Below are positions 45,079 to 55,219 of a stretch of 64,000 nucleotides of DNA, one piece after another; within the stretch, counting starts at the first letter, position 1, and each line of letters begins with the position of its first letter. The notes beneath the pieces are model-generated. The model was not told the DNA's origin, did no database searches, and worked only from the letters and a program-made list of their open reading frames with translations. Source of the stretch: Clostridia bacterium (GTDB taxonomy: Bacteria; Bacillota; Clostridia; TANB77; CAG-508); NCBI GenBank assembly GCA_017936925.1, contig JAGBEP010000019.1, forward strand, positions 64,508 to 128,507, written 5' to 3'. Both the position numbers and the translations under genes were made by a program.

Positions 45079-47361
45079 ATGTTATGTTCGGTATGTAATA
45101 AAAACACAGCAGTTATATTTATAAATAAAATCGAAGACGGTAAGAATTCTGTTGAGGGGCTATGCTACAACTGTGCTAAAGAAAAAGGTATTAATCCTTT
45201 AGAAGTTTTAGCTAAGCAATCTAACCTTTCTGAAGATGAACTTAATGATATGTCTTCACAAATTGAAAATATTTTTAATGATATTACTGAAAATATGTCT
45301 GGAATCGAAGGTGAAGATATGAATTCTATTGGACCTATGCTAGGCAGTATTTTCGGCATGAGTAAAAAAGATTCTGACGAAAATTCTCAATCAACTAATC
45401 CTTCTGGTTCTGAAAGAAAAAAAGTAAAAACTGAAAAAAGGCCTAAAGAAAAGAAAAAGAGATTTCTTGATTCTTTTGGAACAAATTTAACTGAACAAGC
45501 AAAATCTGGAAAGCTTGATAGAGTTATTGGAAGAAATAAAGAAATTCAAAGAATAACTCAAATTTTAAATAGACGCTCTAAAAATAATCCTTGTTTAATT
45601 GGTGAACCTGGTGTTGGAAAAACAGCTATAGCTCAAGGTTTAGCATTAAGAATTGCAGAAGGCAATGTTCCTGCTAAATTATTAAATAAAGAAGTATATC
45701 TAATCGATATGACAGCTATGATTGCTGGAACGCAGTTTAGAGGTCAGTTTGAGTCTAGAATGAAAGCTTTGGTTGATGAATGTAAACTTTATGGAAATAT
45801 TATTTTAGTTATTGATGAAATTCATAATATTATCGGGGCTGGCGATGCTGAACATTCTATGAATGCTGCTAATATTTTGAAACCATCTCTTTCTAATGGT
45901 GATATACAGTTAATTGGAACTACTACTCTTACTGAGTATAGAAAATATATTGAAAAAGATTCTGCTTTAGAAAGAAGATTTCAACCAGTAATAGTAGATG
46001 AACCTTCAATTGAAGATACAATAGAAATTATTCAAGGAATTAAAAAATATTATGAAGATTTTCATAAAGTTCTAATTTCTAATGACGTAATAGAAAAAAC
46101 TGTTAAGATGTCTGAAAAATATATTCATGATAGATTTTTGCCAGATAAAGCTATTGACTTAATTGATGAAGCTTGTTCTCGAATTAATTTAAATAATAAA
46201 GAGCTTTATGAAATTGAGGTTATAAAAAATCAGCTTGCTAAAATAGCAGAAGAAAAAGAAGAAGCTGTTTCTTCTGATTCTACAGAAGATTATCAAAAAG
46301 CTGCTGACTTAAAGACAAAAGAGTGTATTTTAAATAACCGTTTAGAAGAACTTAATAAAAATTTACAATTAAAGGCTTTAACTGTTCAAGATATTGCAGA
46401 AGTAATTGAAAATTGGACTAAAATTCCTGTTACTAAAATTACAGAAGCAGAAACTCAAAAATTATTGAATTTAGAGCAAAATCTTCATAAAAGAATTATT
46501 GGGCAAAATGCAGCTGTCTCTGCAGTTGCTAAGGCTATAAGAAGAAATCGTGCAGGTCTTCAAACAACTAAACGACCACCTTCATTTATTTTTGTTGGTC
46601 CTACCGGTGTAGGTAAAACAGAACTTGCTAAAGTATTGGCTTCTGAAATGTTTGGTAGTGAAGATTCTATTATTAGAATAGATATGTCTGAATATATGGA
46701 AAGTCATTCTACATCTAAACTTATTGGTTCTCCTCCTGGTTATGTTGGATATGATGATGCTGGTCAATTAACTGAAAAAGTTAAAAGAAAACCTTATTCA
46801 ATTATTCTTTTAGATGAAATCGAAAAGGCTCATCCAGATGTATTTAATGTTTTACTTCAAGTTTTAGATGACGGAAAACTTACTGACTCTCAAGGTAATA
46901 CAGTTAATTTTGAAAATACAATAATTATTATGACTTCTAATGCTGGTTCAAATTTAAATACTAATTCAATTGGTTTTGGTAAGCAAACTGTTGATAATAG
47001 TAAAATTAATTCTGCTTTAAAAGAATTATTTAGACCTGAGTTTTTAAATCGTGTTGATGAAATTGTAACTTTTGACAGTTTAACTCAAGATGAATTAATA
47101 CAAATAATTGATTTACTTTTAAAACATACTGAAGAAGCTTTAGCTAATAAAGATATTAAAATTTCTGTTGCTCCTTCTGCTAAAAAATATATTTTAGAAA
47201 AAGGTACAGATTTAAAATATGGTGCTAGACCCTTAAGAAGAGCTATTCAAAAATATATTGAAGATGAGATTGCAGAAATGCTTTTAAGATCAGAAGTTTC
47301 TGCTGGTCAAACAGTAAGAGTTGAAGCTAGAAAAGATGGATTAAAATTTATTGTTAAATAG
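45079..47361 (+). CDS. clpE: ClpE-type Clp ATPase (N-terminal zinc finger, two AAA+ modules)
   Basis: N-terminus MLCSVCNK...GLCYNCAKE (CxxC...CxxC). Two Walker A sites, GEPGVGKT and GPTGVGKT. UVR-like EDYQKAADLK. Confidence 0.85.
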   Translation: MLCSVCNKNTAVIFINKIEDGKNSVEGLCYNCAKEKGINPLEVLAKQSNLSEDELNDMSSQIENIFNDITENMSGIEGEDMNSIGPMLGSIFGMSKKDSDENSQSTNPSGSERKKVKTEKRPKEKKKRFLDSFGTNLTEQAKSGKLDRVIGRNKEIQRITQILNRRSKNNPCLIGEPGVGKTAIAQGLALRIAEGNVPAKLLNKEVYLIDMTAMIAGTQFRGQFESRMKALVDECKLYGNIILVIDEIHNIIGAGDAEHSMNAANILKPSLSNGDIQLIGTTTLTEYRKYIEKDSALERRFQPVIVDEPSIEDTIEIIQGIKKYYEDFHKVLISNDVIEKTVKMSEKYIHDRFLPDKAIDLIDEACSRINLNNKELYEIEVIKNQLAKIAEEKEEAVSSDSTEDYQKAADLKTKECILNNRLEELNKNLQLKALTVQDIAEVIENWTKIPVTKITEAETQKLLNLEQNLHKRIIGQNAAVSAVAKAIRRNRAGLQTTKRPPSFIFVGPTGVGKTELAKVLASEMFGSEDSIIRIDMSEYMESHSTSKLIGSPPGYVGYDDAGQLTEKVKRKPYSIILLDEIEKAHPDVFNVLLQVLDDGKLTDSQGNTVNFENTIIIMTSNAGSNLNTNSIGFGKQTVDNSKINSALKELFRPEFLNRVDEIVTFDSLTQDELIQIIDLLLKHTEEALANKDIKISVAPSAKKYILEKGTDLKYGARPLRRAIQKYIEDEIAEMLLRSEVSAGQTVRVEARKDGLKFIVK

Positions 47362-47364
47362 AAG

Positions 47365-47397
47365 AAAGGAATATCTATGCATAGATATTCCTTTTTA
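47365..47397 (+). terminator. clpE terminator
   Basis: AGGAATATCTA-TGCA-TAGATATTCCT followed by TTTT. Confidence 0.7.
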
Positions 47398-47509
47398 TAA
47401 TTTGCTTGGATGACTTTTATATACAAAAAGTATAGACACCTCATATGTTCTACTTTTTTATTTTCTTATAATTTTTATACTATGAGAGAAAGAGGAAAAA
47501 CTTCTCCTC

Positions 47510-47860
47510 TTATTCTTTGGATTCCAAGCATTTTAGATGATGTGCAAGTTCTAATTCGTTTAAGAATTGGTAGCAATTTTCAATTGGTATCGATTCTTCA
47601 GGAATTATTTCTTTTGAAAGAATTAAAATCGTAGGGAAATATTCTGCATACATCAAATCTGTTAATAGTTTTTCTAATAATTCTATCTTTTCAGATGATT
47701 CGATGTCTACAATAATTAGTTCAAATTTTTCTTGAATAATTCTACTTGATGCTTTTTCAAAGAAAAATTCAAAACTATGTTCCCTATTTTTTGCTTTTTT
47801 TAGTATTCTTCCAATAATTTTGCATCTTCTCTTTGTGCTTGTAATAACTAAAGTTCTCAT
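47510..47860 (-). CDS. stand-alone degenerate receiver (REC)-like protein
   Basis: 116 aa. LIIVDIES and TILILS beta strands are present, but the N-terminal acidic pair is replaced (MRTLVITSTKRR). GGAGG RBS. Confidence 0.55.
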   Translation of the reverse strand: MRTLVITSTKRRCKIIGRILKKAKNREHSFEFFFEKASSRIIQEKFELIIVDIESSEKIELLEKLLTDLMYAEYFPTILILSKEIIPEESIPIENCYQFLNELELAHHLKCLESKE

Positions 47861-47932
47861 TTTATCAACCTCCTAATTATAGGAACGGATGTGTTCCTAA
47901 TGTGAACTTCTTTATTTATTATATCATCTTTG

Positions 47933-48505
47933 TCAACTTTCAAAATTTTCTAGTATTTTATATAACTCTTCTTTTCCTATAACTTCAACTTTTTTATCTA
48001 TTTTCTCTTTTTCTTCTGCTGGTAAATATTCTACTGTTATATTGGTTGAATCGTATAATTCTTCTTCTCCATCTTCATTTAATTTATATATACAAATTAA
48101 GCCATTACTTTCTCCAATGTAGAAATGTTCATCACACATTTTATTTTCCTCTTTGTATAATGAGATTTGCCCATTGGAAAAAGTTTCAATTGTATATTCT
48201 TTATATATTTTTGCTAGCTCTTCTTTATTTAAATTAATAATTTCTTTATCAACTTTTTTTGTTTCTACTATTTCATGCCCACATTTTTTATATAAAATCG
48301 TAGTAGTTATTTCACTATTTGGAGATACTTTTTCTTCCAAATTTTCTGTTGATACGGTTTCATTTGTATTAATATTTCCTATTAATACTTCATTACTTTT
48401 ACTGTTCTTTTTCTGATCTTCTCTTGTATTTAAATAGAAATAACCTATTCCTATACTTGCTAAAAAGATTAGCAACATCATTATAAAAATTATCAATCTC
48501 TTCAA
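47933..48505 (-). CDS. BofC C-terminal-domain-like membrane-anchored protein
   Basis: TTG start, N-terminal TM. CGHEI...CDEHFYIGESNGLICIYKLNEDGEE...LPAEEKEKIDKKVEVIGKEELYKILENFES resembles clostridial BofC-like proteins. Confidence 0.55.
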   Translation of the reverse strand: MKRLIIFIMMLLIFLASIGIGYFYLNTREDQKKNSKSNEVLIGNINTNETVSTENLEEKVSPNSEITTTILYKKCGHEIVETKKVDKEIINLNKEELAKIYKEYTIETFSNGQISLYKEENKMCDEHFYIGESNGLICIYKLNEDGEEELYDSTNITVEYLPAEEKEKIDKKVEVIGKEELYKILENFES

Positions 48506-48570
48506 AATAATACCATCCTTTTTTAGTATTATTTCTAAAAAATTAATCTTTTATTCTTCAAATTCTGCAA

Positions 48571-48597
48571 AAAAAAGGAGGTCACCCCTCCTTTTTT
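48571..48597 (-). terminator. terminator of the tandem-REC gene
   Basis: GGAGG-N5-CCTCC core flanked by an A-run and a T-run. Confidence 0.6.
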
Positions 48598-48600
48598 GGT

Positions 48601-49380
48601 TTAAACAATTTCTTTTAAGATTTCTTCCAAGCCACGCTGGTAAAAAGTTTGCCCATAAAATGATTCTGGTATTTGTTTTCCTTGTCTTAGCATTAAGTCT
48701 TCAAATGGAGTTATTGAATATATTACAATTTTAGGCATACTCCGCTTGGATAATGCACAAATTTCTTGCATTTTTTCAACTAATTTTATTCCGCTACTTC
48801 CATCTGGTTTATCATTGTTATTCCAAGGAAAACTCATATCTAGTATCACTATAGTAATATCATTAATGTTTTCTAAAATGGTTATTGCATTTTCTGCGCT
48901 TGTTGCTTTGTAACTTATAATCTTTTCGAATTTTGAAAGCACATCTTGTACTAATATTTGCTTTTTTAACGCGTCTTCAACTATTAGTACTTTTACCTTC
49001 GAGTCATTCCATTTTCTAAATAATTCTGCAAATTCGTATTCTGTATCTGCTTTACCAAATATTCCGTCTTTCTCATCTTCTGTTAATTCAGTTTCAGAAA
49101 AGATTATTACATCTGGCATTTTTCTTTTTCTTCGTCTGCATTCGATTTTTAAGTTTTCGTATAGCTCTAACCCCATTTTACTTTCATATGATGATTGGTC
49201 TTTCTTGTACCTGCAAAATCCTAAATCTAATATAATTAGATCATATTGGCTTTCTTTGAAATGCATAAAAGCTTCTATTGCACAACTGGCTACATCGTAT
49301 TTTATTTCTTTATCAATGGATAGTTGATATTGTATTGTCCGTAGCTTATATGCATTGTCTTCTACTACTAAAATTCTCAT
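48601..49380 (-). CDS. protein made of two tandem receiver (REC) domains, no output domain
   Basis: Start moved to MRILVVEDNAYKL after a GGAGGT RBS. REC1: VVED...LIILDL...IIFSE. REC2: LIVED...IVILDM...VIYSIT. Confidence 0.7.
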   Translation of the reverse strand: MRILVVEDNAYKLRTIQYQLSIDKEIKYDVASCAIEAFMHFKESQYDLIILDLGFCRYKKDQSSYESKMGLELYENLKIECRRRKRKMPDVIIFSETELTEDEKDGIFGKADTEYEFAELFRKWNDSKVKVLIVEDALKKQILVQDVLSKFEKIISYKATSAENAITILENINDITIVILDMSFPWNNNDKPDGSSGIKLVEKMQEICALSKRSMPKIVIYSITPFEDLMLRQGKQIPESFYGQTFYQRGLEEILKEIV

Positions 49381-49511
49381 ATAGTTACCTCCTCTGCTTG
49401 ATTTAGTGAAGACATTTAATTTGTTACTTCGTGTTATTATAGCATTTTTTATATTATCTTTCAATTATTCTCTCTTATTATTAGTAATATATAAATATCT
49501 CTCACAATGCT

Positions 49512-51749
49512 TTACATATCAAATATTCGCTTTTTGGACATCTTGATATTAGTTACTTTCATTTTTTTATTTTTTATTTTGATTGTTATTTCTCCATCTT
49601 GGTCTGTTCTAAATACTTCACAATTTATTATTTTTAATTTTTTTAGAGTTATGATTGATGGATGTCCAAAATTATTATTTTCTCCAACTCCTATTATAGC
49701 TATTCTAGGATTTACTTTAGAGAGAAATTCTATTGTTGAAGATGTTTTTGAACCATGATGTGCTATTTTTAAAATGGTAGATTTTAATATTTCTTGATTA
49801 TTTTTATATTTTTCTAATATTGCTTTTTCCGCTTTTTCTTCTATATCTCCTGTAAATAGTATTGAAAATTTATTATAAATTATTTTTCCTACAATTGAAT
49901 TGTTATTTAATGCATTGTCTGCTATTTGTATTTTTTCACTTGGCCAAAATATTTCTAAAACTATATCTTTTTCAATTTGAATTTTATCTTCTGCTTTTAC
50001 TATGATTATATTTATTTTATTATCTCTTATTATTTTTAAAAATTCTTGAAAATTTTCACTATCTTCCTTTTGTTTAGATATTATTACGTTTTTTACGTTC
50101 AATTTTTTTATCACTTTAAAAATTCCTTTTACATGATCTGAATCGAAATGAGTTATTATTATATAATCAATTTTTTTAATTTTTTTATTTAACAAATATG
50201 GTATTAATACATTTTCTCCTATGTCATATTTTTCGTCTCCTCCTCCATCAATCAATATATTTTTTTCTTGTGGCGTTTTTATTAATATACCGTCTCCTTG
50301 CCCTACATCTATCATGTATATTTCTAACTCTTTTTTAGATATATTGGTTATATTGATTAGCATACAAATTAAAATGGATATAATAAGAACTTCTTTTAAA
50401 AATTTTTTTATTATTTTTCTTTTTACTTTAATTATAAAAAGAAGAACGAATATGTAATAAATTATCATTTCTATTATGGATGGAACTTTTTGATATATAG
50501 TAAAAAAATGTATTTTGGATATCTCATCGAAAATCAACACTGACATTTCTAATATTGGTTTTATCATAAATATTAATTTTTTGGGAACAACAATCGTAAT
50601 TAATCCGATAATTTCAATTGCATAAAGAAATGGAATTATAAAAATTTGAACTAAATACATTGATATTGAAAATTTTTTAAACGATTTTATAATTATTGGT
50701 AGTATGAGTATATTAGCAGATATACTTACTATTATACTTGTGTATATGTATTTTAATATTTTATTTTGTATTATTGAATTTCTTATTTTCGGTAATATTT
50801 TTACTAAACTTAATGTTGCTAAAAAAGAAAGCTGAAAACCAGAATCTATTAGATTATACGGATTAATTATTAGTATTACTAAACTAGATAGTGAAAGATT
50901 TACTAAAAAATTATCTTTTTTATTTATCGCTTTTGCTATTATATGAAGTATTGCCATTATTATACTTCTTATTGCTGAACTACTAAAATTGATTACTTGA
51001 CTATATATAATAAGTAATATTATTAATACAATATATTTTTTCTTTTGACTTTTTATTAATTTATCTAATACTTTTTTAATTAGTAATATTATTATACTTA
51101 TGTGCATTCCTGATATAGCTAATATATGAGATATTCCACCTTCTTTAAAATTATTTTTTGTTTCTTCTTCTAAGTTTGATTTATCTCCTAATATTATTAC
51201 TTCTAGATAACTTTTTGTCTTACTCGAATAGCTACTTTCATATTTTTCTTTTATGTATTTTCTTATTTTAAAAAAGATTGATTTTATTGTTTTAGATTTG
51301 CTTAAAATTTCTAAATTATTTATTTTTAAATTTCCATATATTTTTTCTTTTTTTAGATATTCTTTGAGATTAAATACGCCTGAATTTTTATATGAATCTA
51401 TATTTTGAAATGTACCTTCGACTTTTACAATGTCTCCATATTCTGTATTTGTTTTTCCTTTTATATATACTTGTAATTTTGTATTTTTATATTTTGTATT
51501 TTTTATTATTTTTATTGTAAATTTTATTCCATCTTCAGTTTCTTCTATATCGCTATCTACTTTTGCTATCAAAGTTAATTTTTCATTTGCTTTATAAATA
51601 GAGTTAAATCTTTTTTCTTGTATCTTAATATTACTAATTCCTAATATTATAGAAATTAGTAATATTATAAATAATTTTAAATCCAAAAATATTTTCATAT
51701 ACTTTCGGGTCTTTTTTATTTGATTGACTAGTATATATATTATTATCAT
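49512..51749 (-). CDS. comEC: DNA internalization competence protein ComEC/Rec2 (with metallo-beta-lactamase domain)
   Basis: Polytopic core plus C-terminal MBL (ITHFDSDHVKG...AHHGS). The frame stays open upstream to 51846, with AAGAGGTG at 51851-51844 and ATT at 51839. The true start may therefore be non-canonical and upstream. Confidence 0.85.
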   Translation of the reverse strand: MIIIYILVNQIKKTRKYMKIFLDLKLFIILLISIILGISNIKIQEKRFNSIYKANEKLTLIAKVDSDIEETEDGIKFTIKIIKNTKYKNTKLQVYIKGKTNTEYGDIVKVEGTFQNIDSYKNSGVFNLKEYLKKEKIYGNLKINNLEILSKSKTIKSIFFKIRKYIKEKYESSYSSKTKSYLEVIILGDKSNLEEETKNNFKEGGISHILAISGMHISIIILLIKKVLDKLIKSQKKKYIVLIILLIIYSQVINFSSSAIRSIIMAILHIIAKAINKKDNFLVNLSLSSLVILIINPYNLIDSGFQLSFLATLSLVKILPKIRNSIIQNKILKYIYTSIIVSISANILILPIIIKSFKKFSISMYLVQIFIIPFLYAIEIIGLITIVVPKKLIFMIKPILEMSVLIFDEISKIHFFTIYQKVPSIIEMIIYYIFVLLFIIKVKRKIIKKFLKEVLIISILICMLINITNISKKELEIYMIDVGQGDGILIKTPQEKNILIDGGGDEKYDIGENVLIPYLLNKKIKKIDYIIITHFDSDHVKGIFKVIKKLNVKNVIISKQKEDSENFQEFLKIIRDNKINIIIVKAEDKIQIEKDIVLEIFWPSEKIQIADNALNNNSIVGKIIYNKFSILFTGDIEEKAEKAILEKYKNNQEILKSTILKIAHHGSKTSSTIEFLSKVNPRIAIIGVGENNNFGHPSIITLKKLKIINCEVFRTDQDGEITIKIKNKKMKVTNIKMSKKRIFDM

Positions 51750-51857
51750 TGTGATAAAAAAATAGGCTATACTTTTTGAGTATAGCCCTATTATTATTCC
51801 TATTATATATCCAAAATTTATTAGTATTGTTAAATTAATTTTACACCTCTTAATATT

Positions 51858-53102
51858 TTAAAATCTTCTTGCACTTTGATATTGACCTGCCCAATATCCT
51901 GAACTTATTGAATCATATCTTACACCTTCACTTGGATTAGCTGCATGAATAAATTGCCCATTTCCAACGTATATTCCAACATGACTTGCTCCGCTGAATA
52001 CTACTAAATCTCCTGGTTGTAAATCTGCTTTTGATACAGCAGTTCCTTGTGTTGCTTGTGAATATGATGTTCTGGATATTGATATTCCTGCTTGGCTATA
52101 GCAATAACTTGTAAAGCCTGAGCAATCAAATCCAGATGGTGATGATCCACCATATACATAACTACATCCTATATAATTCGCTGCTATTGAAGCTGCAGTT
52201 GCTGCTCCTGCTGATGCTGATGGTACTACATAATTTTCTTGTGTAGAAGCTCTTGATATTTCACTGCTTCTTGATGATGTTGTATCTTCTACTGGCGGTT
52301 CTCCTATTGTAACTAATGCTTTTGAAATATAACCTTCTTGCCCGTTATATGTTACTTTGTACCATTCTCCCTCATCTGATATAACTGTTATTTTTGTATG
52401 TCTAGCTAATTTTCCTAATGAAGCTGTTTCTGTGCTTGGTCCTTCACGTAAATTTGCTGCAGCCTTTGATGAAATATATGCTGCTTGATTTAAATTTTTT
52501 TGTTCTTCTGATACTTCTTGGGTATTATTTTCTTCTGAATCAGATGTCTCGTTTATTGAAACTTCTTTCATTAATAAAGTTTTTGGTATCCAAGCTTCTT
52601 TTTCAGCAGTTTCTATTTTAGCCCAATTTGCCAATGTTGATATTATTTTTACTTGTTCGCTTTGTTTTAATTCTGCAATTTTCGTTGATGTATAATTTGG
52701 TAATAAATATGCTGATGAATCTTTGTTTAGTGTATTTCCTAATTCTGTTGCAACTGAAGTATTAGTTTCTTCAGTAGTTGTTGTATCTGGTTTGGTTTGA
52801 GGATTTTCTGTAGTTTCTGGTGTTTCTTCAACTGGTTCAGTTGTTTCAACATAGTCTTTATATATATATCCTTCTTGTTCATTATATTTTACTTTGTACC
52901 AGTCTCCTTCTTGTCCAAGAACTTCTACTTCTTCTCCTAAATTTCCCATAACTAATGTTTTAGATTCTGTAGTAGCTTCTTCTCTAACTCTAACTGTTTC
53001 AACTGTAATCTTTCCTGTAACAGCAAATGTTGTATATGTTAGTCCTAATATGATAGCTAGTATTATTATTAATACTAATGCTATTTTTTGTATTTTTTTC
53101 AT
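51858..53102 (-). CDS. secreted NlpC/P60 peptidoglycan endopeptidase with three SH3b-like repeats
   Basis: C-terminus YVYGGSSPSGFDCSGFTSYCY...HVGIYVGNGQFIHA. SH3b-like WYKVKYNEQEGYIYKDYV is repeated. Confidence 0.85.
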   Translation of the reverse strand: MKKIQKIALVLIIILAIILGLTYTTFAVTGKITVETVRVREEATTESKTLVMGNLGEEVEVLGQEGDWYKVKYNEQEGYIYKDYVETTEPVEETPETTENPQTKPDTTTTEETNTSVATELGNTLNKDSSAYLLPNYTSTKIAELKQSEQVKIISTLANWAKIETAEKEAWIPKTLLMKEVSINETSDSEENNTQEVSEEQKNLNQAAYISSKAAANLREGPSTETASLGKLARHTKITVISDEGEWYKVTYNGQEGYISKALVTIGEPPVEDTTSSRSSEISRASTQENYVVPSASAGAATAASIAANYIGCSYVYGGSSPSGFDCSGFTSYCYSQAGISISRTSYSQATQGTAVSKADLQPGDLVVFSGASHVGIYVGNGQFIHAANPSEGVRYDSISSGYWAGQYQSARRF

Positions 53103-53173
53103 TGAAAAAAGACCTCTTTCTTCTTTAAATTCTTTTATAGTATAACTTCTTTGTTACATATTGTCAAGAAATT

Positions 53174-53203
53174 AGGCGTAAATGTAATATTACATTTACG
53201 CCT
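53174..53203 (-). terminator. aspS terminator hairpin
   Basis: Perfect 13-bp stem AGGCGTAAATGTA / TACATTTACGCCT. Confidence 0.6.
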
Positions 53204-53294
53204 GCTTGACTTTCAGCTGTTATCATTTTGTAATGTCACTATAATTTTTACTAGTTAGAACGACATTTTAGATACATTATATATCGAACATTTC

Positions 53295-55064
53295 TTATTC
53301 TTCTTTTAAATCTAGTTTTATATGAACATCTTTTAGTTGTTCTGCTGACACTTTTGAAGGTGCTTTCATTAAAACATCTCTGGCTTTTTTATTTTTTGGA
53401 AAAGCTATTACTTCTCTTATGTTATCTTCATTGGCAAGTAGCATTACTATTCTATCGACCCCTGGTGCTGCACCTGCGTGAGGTGGTGTTCCGTAAGAGA
53501 AAGCATTGTATAACGCACCAAATTTTCCTTTTACATCTTCTTCAGTATATCCTGCTATTTCAAAAGCTTTTATCATAATGTCTTGATCATGATTTCTAAC
53601 TGCTCCTGATGAAATTTCATAACCGTTACATACTAAATCATATTGATAAGCATATATATCTAAAGGATCTTTGTTTTCTAAAGCTTCTAGCCCTCCTTGT
53701 GGCATAGAGAATGGGTTATGGTTGAAATCTATTGTTCCTTCATCTGATAATTCATACATAGGAAAGTCTACTATCCAGCAGAATTTATAAATATTCTTTT
53801 CTATTAATTCTAGTCTTTTTCCTAATTCAATTCTAACTCCACCAGCTATTTTTTGAGCTTTTTCAAATTCATCTGCTATAAAGAATATTGCATCTCCATT
53901 TGTTACTTCTCCTATTTTAAATAATTCTTCTTTATTTTGAGGTGTTATGAATTTGGAAATTCCTCCTGTTAACTCTCCTGAATCATCTACTTTTGCCCAT
54001 GCTAATCCTTTTGCATCTAGTTCGTTTATAGCATATTCAGACATTTGATCAAAGAATTTTCTAGTTTTTTCTTCCATATTATGTGTTACTATTGCTTTTA
54101 TTGTTTTTCCTTTAAAAGCATTAAACTCTGTATTTTCGAATACTTTAGATACATCTACTATTATTAATGGATTTCTTAAGTCTGGTTTATCTGAACCGTA
54201 TTTTTCCATAGCTTCTTTATATGGTATTCTTAAAAATGGAGCTTCTGTTATTTTCCAATTACTGTTTTGCTTAAATACATTTGGAATTACTTCTTCTATG
54301 ACTGCAAATACATCCTCTTGTGTTGCAAAACTCATTTCAAAATCTAACTGATAAAATTCTCCTGGTGATCTATCTGCTCTAGGATCTTCGTCTCTAAAGC
54401 ATGGTGCTATTTGGTAGTATTTATTAAAACCTGATATCATTAGTAATTGTTTAAATTGTTGTGGAGCTTGTGGTAGTGCATAAAATTCTCCTGGATGAAG
54501 TCTACTTGGTACTAAGAAGTCTCTAGCTCCTTCTGGAGAGGAATTTGCTAAAATTGGTGTTTGTATTTCGGTAAATCCTAATTTATCCATTTCGTCTCTC
54601 ATTGATTTTAGAATTCTTGATCTTAGTAGAATATTTTTATGGATATTATCATTTCTTAAATCAAGAAAACGATATTCTAATCTTAAATCTTCTCTTACTT
54701 CTTGTGCTTCTTTTTGATTTATTTCAAATGGTAAGACTGATCTACATTTTCCTAATATTGTGATATTTTTTGCTATTATTTCGATATCTCCTGTAGGTAA
54801 TTCTTTATTTTTGTTTGATCTTTCTGATACAGTTCCTGTAACTGATATCGTACATTCTGTTTTTATATCTGACATTTTTTCTTGTAAGCTTTCACTATCT
54901 GAAATAATTATTTGTGTAATTCCAAATTCATCTCTTAAGTCTATAAATGTCATTTTTCCAAGATTTCTGATTTTTTGTACCCATCCTGCTAGTCTTACTT
55001 CTTTTCCTGTATCTTCTATTCTTAATTCATTGCAATTATGTGTTCTATATTCGTTTTCTCTCAT
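53295..55064 (-). CDS. aspS: aspartate-tRNA ligase
   Basis: 589 aa, FRDEDPRADR, QLDFEMSF, GTPPHAGAAPGVDR. Confidence 0.95.
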   Translation of the reverse strand: MRENEYRTHNCNELRIEDTGKEVRLAGWVQKIRNLGKMTFIDLRDEFGITQIIISDSESLQEKMSDIKTECTISVTGTVSERSNKNKELPTGDIEIIAKNITILGKCRSVLPFEINQKEAQEVREDLRLEYRFLDLRNDNIHKNILLRSRILKSMRDEMDKLGFTEIQTPILANSSPEGARDFLVPSRLHPGEFYALPQAPQQFKQLLMISGFNKYYQIAPCFRDEDPRADRSPGEFYQLDFEMSFATQEDVFAVIEEVIPNVFKQNSNWKITEAPFLRIPYKEAMEKYGSDKPDLRNPLIIVDVSKVFENTEFNAFKGKTIKAIVTHNMEEKTRKFFDQMSEYAINELDAKGLAWAKVDDSGELTGGISKFITPQNKEELFKIGEVTNGDAIFFIADEFEKAQKIAGGVRIELGKRLELIEKNIYKFCWIVDFPMYELSDEGTIDFNHNPFSMPQGGLEALENKDPLDIYAYQYDLVCNGYEISSGAVRNHDQDIMIKAFEIAGYTEEDVKGKFGALYNAFSYGTPPHAGAAPGVDRIVMLLANEDNIREVIAFPKNKKARDVLMKAPSKVSAEQLKDVHIKLDLKEE

Positions 55065-55105
55065 AAAATTTCCTCTTTTCTTAATTTATGATTATTTGCT
55101 TTAAA

Positions 55106-55134
55106 ATTATATCTCTTTTTTCTTAATTTATCAA
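55106..55134 (-). promoter_or_regulatory. candidate aspS promoter
   Basis: TTGATA-17-TATAAT, about 40 nt from the start codon. Confidence 0.5.
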
Positions 55135-55164
55135 TACTTTTGGCTATTGATTTGATAAAAGAAA

Positions 55165-55192
55165 GTGGTACGGAAAACTATTTCCGCACCAC
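55165..55192 (-). terminator. terminator of the 77-aa ORF
   Basis: GTGGTGCGGAAA / TTTCCGTACCAC, 11 of 12 bp paired, followed by TTTCTTTTAT on the minus strand. Confidence 0.65.
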
Positions 55193-55219
55193 TTTGCTAA
55201 TTGTCTTACAATACTATGT

